Part shown: positions 41,210 to 50,116 of the stretch, in pieces
Layout of the letters: each line of letters opens with the position of its first letter
Numbering within the stretch: position 1 is the first letter of the stretch
NCBI GenBank assembly: GCA_030656215.1
Contig: JAUSOD010000091.1
Location: 104,356 to 168,355 of the forward strand
Direction of reading: 5' to 3'
DNA length: 64,000 bases
From: Azoarcus sp.
GTDB taxonomy: Bacteria; Pseudomonadota; Gammaproteobacteria; Burkholderiales; Rhodocyclaceae
The notes under the pieces: generated by a model
Seen by the model: the letters and a program-made list of their open reading frames with translations, nothing else
Told to the model about the DNA's origin: nothing
Database searches by the model: none
Made by a program: the position numbers and the translations under genes

Positions 41210-42301
41210 ATGCTTGAAACGGTAATCATCGGCGGCGGGCTGAACGGGCTCGCCCTGGCCAACCTGCTCCACGGCGCAAGACGCGAATTTGCCCTGTTCG
41301 AGGCCCGCGACCGCCTCGGCGGCCGCGTCCTGGGCACGGCGGAGGGCCACGACCTTGGACCGACCTGGTTCTGGCCAGACCACCAGCCGCGCATCACCCG
41401 TCTGGTCGCCGACCTCGGGCTGACCAGCTTCCCGCAGTGGGAAACCGGCAGCCATCTTCACCAACAGGAAGCCGGCGGCAAGCCGAGCGTGTTCGAACAG
41501 ACCGACGTCCACGGTGGCGCGCGTCGCCTCGCAGGTGGAATGCGCACCCTGATCGACGCCCTCGCAGCCCGCCTGCCATCGCGGCAGATACATCTCGGGC
41601 AGGCGCTGACCGGCTTGCGCGACCGCGGCAGTCACATCGAGATCTATCTGAGCCAGGCGCGGGGCGAGAGCATCCTCTCCGCCCGTAACGTGGTGCTGGC
41701 GATGCCGCCGCGCCTGGTCGAGGAGCACGTCGCCTTCGACCCGCAACTGGCCGCGCGCACGCGCCTGGCCTTGCGTAACAGCCCGACCTGGATGGCCGCC
41801 CAGGCCAAGCTCATCACCACCTACCCGACTGCGTTCTGGCGTCGGCAGGGGTATTCGGGCACCGCAACGGCGCGCCATACGCAAACCGTACTAGCGGAAA
41901 CCTGGGACGCGGGAGAGGAGGTCGGGAGCGAAAGCGGGCGCGCAGCGCTCGGTGCCTTCCTCGCCCTCTCACCCACACACCGCGACGACTTCCGCGCGGG
42001 ACTCGAGATGCTCGCCGTCAGCCAGCTCGGTCAGTTGTTCGGAACCGCCGCGCACGACGGCGAACGCCACTACCACGACTGGGCCGAAGAACCGCACACC
42101 TGTAGCGTGCTCGACCGCAGCCCGCCGCTTGCCCACCCGGAATATGGCGACCGCGAACTGCAGCACCCGTCGTGGCAGGGCAAGCTCCATTTCGGCAGCA
42201 CCGAAACCGCAGCCTACGGCGGCGGCTACCTCGAAGGGGCACTGGAAGCTGCCGGCCGCATCCGGCGCGAACTCAGCCTCGGGTGGACCCAGGCGGCCTG
42301 A
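41210..42301 (+). CDS. Flavin amine oxidase family FAD oxidoreductase
   Basis: IIGGGLNG, EARDRLGGR, DLGPTWFW, GGYLEGALEA. Confidence 0.9.
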   Translation: MLETVIIGGGLNGLALANLLHGARREFALFEARDRLGGRVLGTAEGHDLGPTWFWPDHQPRITRLVADLGLTSFPQWETGSHLHQQEAGGKPSVFEQTDVHGGARRLAGGMRTLIDALAARLPSRQIHLGQALTGLRDRGSHIEIYLSQARGESILSARNVVLAMPPRLVEEHVAFDPQLAARTRLALRNSPTWMAAQAKLITTYPTAFWRRQGYSGTATARHTQTVLAETWDAGEEVGSESGRAALGAFLALSPTHRDDFRAGLEMLAVSQLGQLFGTAAHDGERHYHDWAEEPHTCSVLDRSPPLAHPEYGDRELQHPSWQGKLHFGSTETAAYGGGYLEGALEAAGRIRRELSLGWTQAA

Positions 42302-42312
42302 ACCGCGCCTCG

Positions 42313-42344
42313 CATTCTCCGGCGCAGCGCTGCGCCGGAGAATG
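42313..42344. terminator. 32-bp perfect palindrome between convergent genes
   Basis: CATTCTCCGGCGCAGCGCTGCGCCGGAGAATG equals its own reverse complement. Confidence 0.7.
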
Positions 42345-42749
42345 TCAGCTCACGAAATCGTCCCCGTCTGCGGTGTCGAGCATGGCGCCAACAATGTCAT
42401 CCATGGTGATGATGCCGACCAGTTCGTTGCTGGCAGTAACCAGCAGGCGACGGATGCCCAGCTTTACCATCAACCGCGCCGCGTGCTTGATCTCCAGCTC
42501 GCGTGACAGCGCGATCGCCGGCTTGGCACAGATGTCATAGACGTTGATCAAATCGATGTCGCCTTCTTCGGCGACGATGGTCTTGAGGATGTTGCTGTAG
42601 GTGATGACGCCATAGGCATCGTGCTCGTGGCGTTTTTCCACGACCAAGGCCTTCACCCCACGCAGCTTCATTTGACGCATTGCGTCGCGAATCGTGGCAA
42701 ACGGCGAGATGCAAGCCACATCGCCAACCATGATGTCCTTAACCAGCAT
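42345..42749 (-). CDS. Stand-alone CBS-pair protein
   Basis: VKDIM, YGVITYSNI, LVGIITMDDIV. Confidence 0.9.
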   Translation of the reverse strand: MLVKDIMVGDVACISPFATIRDAMRQMKLRGVKALVVEKRHEHDAYGVITYSNILKTIVAEEGDIDLINVYDICAKPAIALSRELEIKHAARLMVKLGIRRLLVTASNELVGIITMDDIVGAMLDTADGDDFVS

Positions 42750-42761
42750 GATCCAACTCTC

Positions 42762-43109
42762 CTAGATTGCGTCCTTGATCCGTTGTTCGAACAGGTGGAT
42801 CTGGCCAACGTCGATTCCGGCGATATGCTCCAGCGGGATGGTGAATAACACCCCCCTGGAATCATTTTTCAGATCCAGCGCGGCATTGAGCCGCTTCAGT
42901 ACGGTGAGCGACAACTTCCTTTCGAGCACGAAGATCAGCACCGACTGACTACCCTCGTAGGTCAGCCCGAAAAAAGTCTTCTTCTGCTCGGCCCCAATTC
43001 CGCGGGCATCGAGTATGGTCACCCCGCCGGCACCGGCCTGGCGGGCGACATCCAGTGCCTTCTCCTCCAGATCCTCGGCCAGGATGGCCACAAGCACTGA
43101 AAATTTCAT
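42762..43109 (-). CDS. PII-like protein
   Basis: AGAGGVTILDARGIG, FFGLTYE, GVLFTIPLEHIAGI; 115 aa, no GlnB uridylylation loop signature. Confidence 0.85.
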   Translation of the reverse strand: MKFSVLVAILAEDLEEKALDVARQAGAGGVTILDARGIGAEQKKTFFGLTYEGSQSVLIFVLERKLSLTVLKRLNAALDLKNDSRGVLFTIPLEHIAGIDVGQIHLFEQRIKDAI

Positions 43110-44665
43110 GATATTTCTCCTTTAAGCCGGCCGCTCCGCTCCATGGCAATGGCGTAGAGCATCACGGTGACGATGGGAAAGATGGAAGCGAATGCAATCA
43201 GGCCGAAGCCGTCGATCAGCACATTACGCCCCTCGATCTGGGTGGCCAGCCCGATGCCGAGCGCGGTGACCAGCGGTACGGTCACTTCCGAGGTGGTCAC
43301 GCCGCCCAGATCGAAGGCGAGTGGCACGATGTATTTCGGTGCAAACCAGGTCAGCAGGATCACCAGCGTGTAGCCACCCATGATGTAGTAGTGGATGGAA
43401 TCGCCAGTGATGATGCGATGTACGCCGACGGTGATACCCACCGCCACCCCGAGCGCCACCAGCAGACGGATGCGGTTGCCATCGAGTCGCCCCTTGCCGG
43501 CCTCCTCTGCCTTCTGGCCTATCGCAATCAGCGCCGGCTCGGCCATGGTGGTGGCGAAACCGATCGAGAATGCAAACAAGTAGACGTAGAGTAGCGTATC
43601 GAGGCCGATGAGTTGTTCGGCCATGCTGCGCCCGATCGGGAACAGGCCGAGCTTGAGCCCGACCACAAAGGCATACAAACCCACGATCACCAGCACAAAG
43701 CCGCCCATCACTTTATGAACGTGAGCAATGTGCTTGCGGATCACCAGGTACTGAAAGATCAGGATCACCGCAATGATGGGCAGGACGTCGCGGAACATCG
43801 TGAGCAGATCGATGAACATGCCGAGCAGTGCCGCACCGAACCCGGATTCGACCACAGCGGACGCAGCCAGCGCGGGCTCGACCTGTACGCCAGACTCGGT
43901 CACGGCCGCCATCCCCGAGGCCAGCTCCGCACCCATCACCACGGCATCGGCCGTTTCGCCAAAGCTGTACACCACGATGCCGTAGAGTTGCACCGAGATC
44001 ATCGGCACCATGACCGCCAGCGCCACCAGCCCGAAGCCATGCGCAAGCGCATTGCGCCCGCGGATCGAGCTTGCCAGGCCGATACCCAACGAAGCAATCA
44101 AGGGCACGGTGACGATATTGGTGGTCACTCCGCCCGAGTCGTAGGCGAGGCCGACGATCTCTTCCGGCGCAAAAAAAGTCACCCCGACCACCAGCAGATA
44201 GCCAATGATCATGTACCAGTGCAGCGCATGGCCAAGAATGGTGCGCACAACGCCCAGCGCCACCACCATCCCGACCGAGAGTGCCACCAGCATGCGCAAG
44301 GTGAAGCCGTCGATACGCCCGAGGCTGATCATCTCGGCCTGATTTGCCACCGCAATCAAGGCGGGCTCGGCAATCACGGCGGAAAAGCCAAGGCAGAAAC
44401 CAAACAACATCAGCAAGGGTAGCGAGCCCTTCCTGGCAAATTCATTGGACAGGTTCTTGCCGATCGGAAAGATACCCAACTCCAGCCCTTGCAGGAACAG
44501 GGCCACACCAAACACCACCACGAGCAGTCCGAACGTCATCGACATCAGATCGTCCGGCATCTGGCGCACGATCACCAGCTGAAAAAAGCTGACGACGAGG
44601 ATGATCGGCAACAGGTTGCGAAAGGAGTGCTGCAGGATACGGAGAAATTCGCTGAGCTGGCTCAA
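43106..44665 (-). CDS. Tandem DUF1538 multi-pass membrane protein
   Basis: Two homologous halves: (IAEPAL, YDSGGVTT, FGLVALA) and (MAEPAL, FDLGGVTT, FGLIAFA); TTG start. Confidence 0.85.
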   Translation of the reverse strand: MSQLSEFLRILQHSFRNLLPIILVVSFFQLVIVRQMPDDLMSMTFGLLVVVFGVALFLQGLELGIFPIGKNLSNEFARKGSLPLLMLFGFCLGFSAVIAEPALIAVANQAEMISLGRIDGFTLRMLVALSVGMVVALGVVRTILGHALHWYMIIGYLLVVGVTFFAPEEIVGLAYDSGGVTTNIVTVPLIASLGIGLASSIRGRNALAHGFGLVALAVMVPMISVQLYGIVVYSFGETADAVVMGAELASGMAAVTESGVQVEPALAASAVVESGFGAALLGMFIDLLTMFRDVLPIIAVILIFQYLVIRKHIAHVHKVMGGFVLVIVGLYAFVVGLKLGLFPIGRSMAEQLIGLDTLLYVYLFAFSIGFATTMAEPALIAIGQKAEEAGKGRLDGNRIRLLVALGVAVGITVGVHRIITGDSIHYYIMGGYTLVILLTWFAPKYIVPLAFDLGGVTTSEVTVPLVTALGIGLATQIEGRNVLIDGFGLIAFASIFPIVTVMLYAIAMERSGRLKGEIS

Positions 44666-44792
44666 ATCACGCTTTCCTTAGAACAAGACAAGGCCAGCGT
44701 TGCAGCCGACTGCGTAGCTGAAGTATCCAGTCTCACGCTGATTTGGTCAAACCGCCCGCATATCGAGGGACTCCGACTCGCCAAGTCCTCAG

Positions 44793-45947
44793 TCAGTCCT
44801 CAGGCAGATCATCCTGCCCGAACAGCACCAGTTGCCCATTGTCGGCCCCCTCCCCGACCTCGGCAAAACGGACACCGACCCCGAGCAGGCGCACCGGACG
44901 AGCACCGCGCGCGAACCCTTCTTCCAGCAACGACATCCACGCCGCGACAGACGGACGGTCGGCACCGCGTTCGACGGTGGTCTGGGTGAAATCGGCGAAC
45001 TTCACTTTCACGAAAACCGTACTCACGCGCCCGGCATCACGTGCGCGACCGAAGCGCCGGCCAAACTCCTCTGCCAGCGCCGGCAATGCCTCGAGGCAGG
45101 CGGCCAGATCAGGCAGGTCACGGGTGTAGGTGGTTTCCACCGACAGCGACTTGCGTACCCGGTCGGGGCGTACCGGACGCTCATCCACCCCTCGGCACAG
45201 GCGGTACAGGCTGGCGCCAAAACTGCCGAACTCAGCCACCAGTTCGGACTGGCTCCAGACGCGCAGATCACCGCAGGTCTGTACGCCAAGACGATGCATC
45301 TTTTCGGCGGTGACTTTGCCGACACCGAAGATCTTCTTCACCGGCAGTGCAGCAACGAAGGCATCCACCTGCCGCGGGCGCACCACGAACTGCCCGTCGG
45401 GCTTGTTCCAGTCGCTCGCGACCTTGGCGATGAACTTGTTCGGCGCGATCCCGGCGGACGCGGTGATGCCGACCTCGGCGCGGATGCGTGCGCGGATCTC
45501 CTGCGCCATCAGCGTGGCCGAACCCTCGCAACGGTCGACGCCGGTGACGTCAAGATAAGCCTCGTCGAGCGACAGCGGCTCGACCAGTGGCGTGTAGTCG
45601 CGGTAAATATCGAGGATCTGCCTGGATGCGGCGCGGTAGCGTTCGAAATCCGGCGGCAGCAGCACCAGTTGCGGGCACAGCTTGAGCGCCCTCATGGTCG
45701 ACATCGCCGAATGCACGCCGACCGCCCGTGCCTCGTAGTTGCAGGTCGCGATCACCCCGCGCGTCTCGGCCCTGCCGCCGACCGCCAGCGGCCGGCCGGC
45801 GAGCGACGGGTCGTCCCGCGTCTCGACCGCCGCATAAAAGCAATCGCAGTCGCAATGGATGATCTTGCGCTGCACCGCGGCCCCGCTCGCCTCGCACGAA
45901 CTCTCCTCCACCACCGTCAGCACTTGTATGTTCCCACCGCTATCCAT
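44793..45947 (-). CDS. dinB: DNA polymerase IV
   Basis: IIHCDCDCFYAAVE, CNYEAR, SLDEAYLD, KVASDWNKPDG; start 45947 (ATG) or 45875 (GTG). Confidence 0.95.
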   Translation of the reverse strand: MDSGGNIQVLTVVEESSCEASGAAVQRKIIHCDCDCFYAAVETRDDPSLAGRPLAVGGRAETRGVIATCNYEARAVGVHSAMSTMRALKLCPQLVLLPPDFERYRAASRQILDIYRDYTPLVEPLSLDEAYLDVTGVDRCEGSATLMAQEIRARIRAEVGITASAGIAPNKFIAKVASDWNKPDGQFVVRPRQVDAFVAALPVKKIFGVGKVTAEKMHRLGVQTCGDLRVWSQSELVAEFGSFGASLYRLCRGVDERPVRPDRVRKSLSVETTYTRDLPDLAACLEALPALAEEFGRRFGRARDAGRVSTVFVKVKFADFTQTTVERGADRPSVAAWMSLLEEGFARGARPVRLLGVGVRFAEVGEGADNGQLVLFGQDDLPED

Positions 45948-46056
45948 TGTCACCCTCACCTTCGCGCCACGATCATCGGGCACCCCGGCGCAAAGCGCAA
46001 CGAAGCGGTCGCGAACACGCTCGCCAACAGGGGCTGGCGTTTCCGCCGGGAGAGGC

Positions 46057-46072
46057 GGGCTCAAATCTTGCT
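46057..46072 (+). promoter_or_regulatory. Sigma54 (-24/-12) promoter candidate upstream of the CCA-like gene
   Basis: GGGCTCAAATCTTGCT = GG-N10-GC with TTGCT; ATG about 45 bp downstream. Confidence 0.5.
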
Positions 46073-46115
46073 GACATCAGGCATACCTTCGCCCCTCCCC
46101 TTGCCAACCAAACCC

Positions 46116-47018
46116 ATGGCATCCGACTTTTTCCGCGGACTCCCGGACCCACCATCGACCGATCCCGCGTTGAATCTGCTCCGCCTCGCCGCACTGGCAG
46201 CTGGCGACGACGACGGGCTGGACGACGAAACCCTCGGGCTGATGCACCAAGCGGTCGCCGCCGGCGCGCTTGCCAGCCTGGCGCCGGCCGCCGCGTGGGT
46301 CGAACTCGAACGCGGGCTGATGTCTAAAGCGCCGTCGCGCATGTTCCGCGCCTTGCAGGCATGCGGCGCCCTGTCGTTACTGCTGCCCGAACTGGAGGCC
46401 CTGTTCGGTGTACCACAAAGCGCCGACGAACCGGCCGAGGTCGACATCGGCGAACACCAACTGCGCGTGGTCGACGAGACTGCCCGCGCCTGTGCCCCGC
46501 CGGCGGTACGGTTTGCCGCGCTGGTGTTCAACCTTGGCAAGTTCGACTCGCCGCGCGAGCACCTGCCGTCGCACTACCGCCATCTCGAACGCGGACGGCC
46601 GCGCGTAGAAGCGGTGTGCGAGCGCTTCGGACTGCCGCTGGCATACCGCGACCTGGCGCTGCTCGTGCTAGCCGAATGCGAACGCGTCCATCGCGCGGCA
46701 GAAATGCGGGCCGGCTCGATCGCAGCACTGCTGGAACGGGTCGATGCGTTCGAGCGGGGCGAACGCTTCGAACAATTGCTGACGGTCTGCCTGTGCGACT
46801 TCCGCGCCTACCCCGGGCGCGCGACCCGACACTACCCCAAGGCGGCAATGCTGCGCGTGGCGCGGCAAGCCTGCCTGAGCCTCGACCCCACGGGCATGAC
46901 CGACGACGAGCAGCCCGAGGACGCGGCGGAAGCGCTGCAGCTCGCCCGCGCAGCCGCCGTCGCGAGCGCATTGCGCTCCGAGCGTTGGGCCAGCGCATCC
47001 GACCCGACCAAGGGTTGA
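46116..47018 (+). CDS. Truncated paralogue of tRNA nucleotidyltransferase (neck/body/HD region only, catalytic motifs lost)
   Basis: Aligns by eye with the C-terminal two-thirds of proteobacterial CCA (DETLGLM, AWVELERGL, LPELEALFGVPQ, VDIGEH, VRFAALVFNLGK, CDFRAYPG). No N-terminal DxD head. Confidence 0.8.
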   Translation: MASDFFRGLPDPPSTDPALNLLRLAALAAGDDDGLDDETLGLMHQAVAAGALASLAPAAAWVELERGLMSKAPSRMFRALQACGALSLLLPELEALFGVPQSADEPAEVDIGEHQLRVVDETARACAPPAVRFAALVFNLGKFDSPREHLPSHYRHLERGRPRVEAVCERFGLPLAYRDLALLVLAECERVHRAAEMRAGSIAALLERVDAFERGERFEQLLTVCLCDFRAYPGRATRHYPKAAMLRVARQACLSLDPTGMTDDEQPEDAAEALQLARAAAVASALRSERWASASDPTKG

Positions 47019-47139
47019 GCGGCACCGTCCGCGACCTGCGCTCCTTCCCCGGGGTTTGCCTCCGCTACGCGTCGACGCTGGCAAGGGGCGAGCGAAACAT
47101 GCATGCTTCAGATCCTTATCGGTCGGAAGGGACATCGCC

Positions 47140-48165
47140 ATGCTGTTTCGCCGCGACACTTCGCACACGATCAACCTCGCCCTGCAGGGCGGCGGCGCAC
47201 ATGGCGCCTTCACCTGGGGCGTACTCGACGCCTTGCTGGAGGATGGCCGCCTATCCTTCGACGGCATCAGCGGCACCAGCGCCGGAGCGATGAACGCGGT
47301 AGTGCTCGCCCATGGGCTGCTGCAGGATGGCCACGACGGTGCGCGCGCAGCGCTCGAACGATTCTGGAACGCGGTGGCCGCCCTCGGGCCGGCCGAGCTG
47401 CCCTTCCCTGCCGGCGACGGCGGCGGCATCGGTCTGTCCTCCGGTATCCGGGTGATGGCGCAGTGGATGCAGCATTTCTCGCCCGAACAACTGAACCCCT
47501 TCGATGTCGATCCGCTGCGCGATCTCCTCGCCGCCCATATCGACTTCGAGCGCCTGCGCGCGGATAGTCCGGTGAAGCTCTTCGTCGCCGCCACCCACGC
47601 CAACACCGGCAGGCTGCGCTTGTTCCAGGCCCACGAAATGAGCGTATCGACGGTCCTCGCCTCGGCCTGCCTGCCGACCGTGCAACGCGCGATCGAGATC
47701 GACGGCGAGCCCTACTGGGACGGCGCCTATTCGGCCAACCCGGCTGTGTTCCCGCTGTTCTACGAATGCACCGCGAACGACATCCTGCTGGTGTTGCTCA
47801 GTCCCCTGCTGCACGGTGACACGCCGCGTAGCGCCGAGGAGATCCGCGCCCGTTCGCTGGATCTCGCCTTCAACGCGACCTTTCTGCGCGAGATGCGCAT
47901 GTTCGCGCACGCCCGCGAATACGCCGAACACTCGCTGCCGCCGCGCGGCCGCCTCGAGCGTCACCTGCAGCGGACCCACTTCCACCTGATCGAGGCCGAG
48001 GAACTGCTGAGCCAGCTGGCCGCAGAAACCCGGATGACACCCGGACCGGCGTTCATCCACATGCTGTACGAGCAGGGCCGCAGCCGCGCCCAGAACTGGC
48101 TGACGGTGCATTTTCCGGCGCTCGGGCGACGCTCGTCGGTAGACCTGGGACAAATGTTCTACTGA
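47140..48165 (+). CDS. Patatin-like phospholipase/esterase
   Basis: QGGGAHGAF, SGTSAGA, YWDGAY, ANPA. Confidence 0.92.
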   Translation: MLFRRDTSHTINLALQGGGAHGAFTWGVLDALLEDGRLSFDGISGTSAGAMNAVVLAHGLLQDGHDGARAALERFWNAVAALGPAELPFPAGDGGGIGLSSGIRVMAQWMQHFSPEQLNPFDVDPLRDLLAAHIDFERLRADSPVKLFVAATHANTGRLRLFQAHEMSVSTVLASACLPTVQRAIEIDGEPYWDGAYSANPAVFPLFYECTANDILLVLLSPLLHGDTPRSAEEIRARSLDLAFNATFLREMRMFAHAREYAEHSLPPRGRLERHLQRTHFHLIEAEELLSQLAAETRMTPGPAFIHMLYEQGRSRAQNWLTVHFPALGRRSSVDLGQMFY

Positions 48166-48182
48166 ATCGGGCCCGAAAAATC

Positions 48183-48338
48183 CCTACAGTTCTGCAGCTC
48201 ATCCTCCATGGCAACTACAAGTCAACGACACAACAGCAACGCCGACGGCTCAAGCGGCCCCAGACCGTGGAGCCCGCGATTGGGCAGCTGAAGTCCGATC
48301 ATCGGTTGGGCAGATATGGGTTGCAGGAGCGACTATAA
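48183..48338 (+). pseudogene. IS5-family transposase remnant 1 (C-terminal fragment)
   Basis: Translates LILHGNYKSTTQQQRRRLKRPQTVEPAIGQLKSDHRLGR, resembling the IS5 segment HRGKYKSLT.QQRRWLKRRQAVEPAIGHLKSDHR. Confidence 0.75.
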
Positions 48339-48394
48339 AGACATCTGCGACGGCCTGTCGGACCGGACGCCCAGCTCACGGACCGGAGGTGTCG

Positions 48395-48946
48395 ATGATG
48401 GCAAGGGGAATGGGATTGCGCAGTGTCTGTGGGTGCATCGTGGGATTGCTGATCACCTGCGCCTCGATCCTGCCGGCGTGGGCCGAACCGCCCACCCTGG
48501 TCGTGCTCGACTTCGACCTCCTCGAAGACCATCCGGACCCGGCGCAGGCGGCCGACCTGCAACGCCGGCTTGCGCGGGTCCGCGACATGTTCGCCGACGG
48601 CGTCGCCGCGGCGGGCGTATACCGGGTGATCGGCCTCGGCGCCGCGCAACCGGTGCACGACGGCTATCGCCGCCAGATCCAGAACGTCCACCGCTGCGGC
48701 TACTGCCAGGTCGAGATCGGCAAGGCCGCCGGGGCGCGTCTGACTGCCGCGGGCTGGGTGCAGAAGGTGAGCAACCTGATCCTGAACATCAACGTCGAGA
48801 TCCGCGACGTCGAGGCCGACCGGGTCGTGCTTACCAAGTCGGTCGATATCCGCTCGAACACCGACCAGTCATGGGAGCGCGGCATGCGCTTCCTGGTACG
48901 CGATATCGTCGAGCGGAGGGCTGCGAACCCGGACTACGGGCAGTGA
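48395..48946 (+). CDS. DUF3280/DUF2380-like exported protein
   Basis: Signal peptide, LVVLDFDL, CGYC, GWVQKVSNLILNINV, SVDIRSNTDQSW; GGAGG SD. Confidence 0.8.
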   Translation: MMARGMGLRSVCGCIVGLLITCASILPAWAEPPTLVVLDFDLLEDHPDPAQAADLQRRLARVRDMFADGVAAAGVYRVIGLGAAQPVHDGYRRQIQNVHRCGYCQVEIGKAAGARLTAAGWVQKVSNLILNINVEIRDVEADRVVLTKSVDIRSNTDQSWERGMRFLVRDIVERRAANPDYGQ

Positions 48947-48952
48947 GCGTGG

Positions 48953-49006
48953 GTCCACCGTGGCAAGTACACACTGACACAACAGCAACGCCGATGGCTG
49001 AGGTGA
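48953..49006 (+). pseudogene. IS5-family transposase remnant 2
   Basis: Translates VHRGKYTLTQQQRRWLR*; shares 19 identical bp (GACACAACAGCAACGCCGA) with remnant 1. Confidence 0.7.
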
Positions 49007-49030
49007 GTCCAGGTAGTGAAGCCCGCGGCT

Positions 49031-50116
49031 TCAGTCCAGTTCGGCAGCCCGTTTCACCCGCCGCTGGCGCACGCCTTCGGCCAGCACATCGAGCACCTCG
49101 ATGCTGTCTTCCCAGCCGATGCAGGCATCGGTGACGCTCTTGCCGTATTCGAGCTCGACCCCCGGCTTGAGGTCCTGGCGTCCTTCCTTGAGGTGGGACT
49201 CCACCATCACCCCGATGATGCGCTCCTCGCCGTTGGCGAGCTGACCAGCCACATCGCGCCCGACGGCGATCTGCAGCCGGTGCTGCTTGCTGCTGTTGGC
49301 GTGGGAGAAATCCACCATCACCTTGCCTTGCACACCGCCCACTGCCAGATCCTTGCACGCGGCATCAACGCTTTCGGCATCATAATTGGGCGCCTTGCCG
49401 CCACGCAGGATGGCGTGGCAATCCTCGTTGCCGCGCGTGGTCACAATGGCCGAGTGGCCGGCCTTGGTCACGCTGAGGAAATGGTGCGGCGCCTGCGCAG
49501 CCTTGATCGCATCCACCGCAATCCGTACATTGCCATCGGTGCCGTTCTTGAACCCGACCGGACACGACAGGCCGGAGGCCAGCTCACGGTGCACCTGACT
49601 CTCGGTGGTGCGTGCGCCAATGGCCCCCCAACTGATGAGATCGGCGATGTACTGCGGCGTGATCATGTCGAGGAACTCGGTGCCAGCCGGCAACCCCAGC
49701 TCGTTGATTTCCCACAGCAGCTTGCGCGCCAGGCGCACGCCTTCATTGATCGCGTAGCTGCCATCGAGATGGGGATCGTTGATCAGCCCCTTCCAGCCCA
49801 CAGTGGTGCGGGGCTTCTCGAAGTAGACCCGCATCACGATCAGCAGGTCATTCTTGAGCCGGTCGGCCTCGGCCTTGAGCTTGTGCGCATACTCGAGCGC
49901 GGCCGCGGGGTCGTGGATCGAACATGGCCCGATCACGACCAGCAGGCGATCGTCCGCACCATAGAGAATGCGATGAATGTCCTGACGCGCCTCATACGCC
50001 ACCTCGGCCGCCTTCGGTGTGGCCGGAAACTCGCGCAGCACGTGGGCCGGCGGCACCAGTTCCTTGATTTCCGAGATACGGACGTCGTCGATATGAAGCT
50101 TCATTGAGGCGGGCAT
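49031..50116 (-). CDS. 3-deoxy-7-phosphoheptulonate (DAHP) synthase, class I alpha (AroF/AroG type)
   Basis: GPCSIHD, FEKPRTTVGWKG, IGARTTESQVHRE, DFSHANS, SVTDACIGW. Confidence 0.96.
   Translation of the reverse strand: MPASMKLHIDDVRISEIKELVPPAHVLREFPATPKAAEVAYEARQDIHRILYGADDRLLVVIGPCSIHDPAAALEYAHKLKAEADRLKNDLLIVMRVYFEKPRTTVGWKGLINDPHLDGSYAINEGVRLARKLLWEINELGLPAGTEFLDMITPQYIADLISWGAIGARTTESQVHRELASGLSCPVGFKNGTDGNVRIAVDAIKAAQAPHHFLSVTKAGHSAIVTTRGNEDCHAILRGGKAPNYDAESVDAACKDLAVGGVQGKVMVDFSHANSSKQHRLQIAVGRDVAGQLANGEERIIGVMVESHLKEGRQDLKPGVELEYGKSVTDACIGWEDSIEVLDVLAEGVRQRRVKRAAELD

Noticed and set aside
45924-45939. TTGT-N8-ACCG near the dinB start as a LexA box
   Set aside because: Two mismatches in the core of CTGT-N8-ACAG; too weak to call.
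47079-47094. TGGCAAGGGGCGAGCG upstream of the patatin gene as a sigma54 promoter
   Set aside because: Spacing fits but the -12 element lacks TTGC; likely chance in GC-rich DNA.
48227-48994. 19-bp direct repeat as a CRISPR repeat, att site or Hfq/Crc CA-motif
   Set aside because: Only two copies, 749 bp apart; both are better explained as in-frame IS5 transposase coding remnants.
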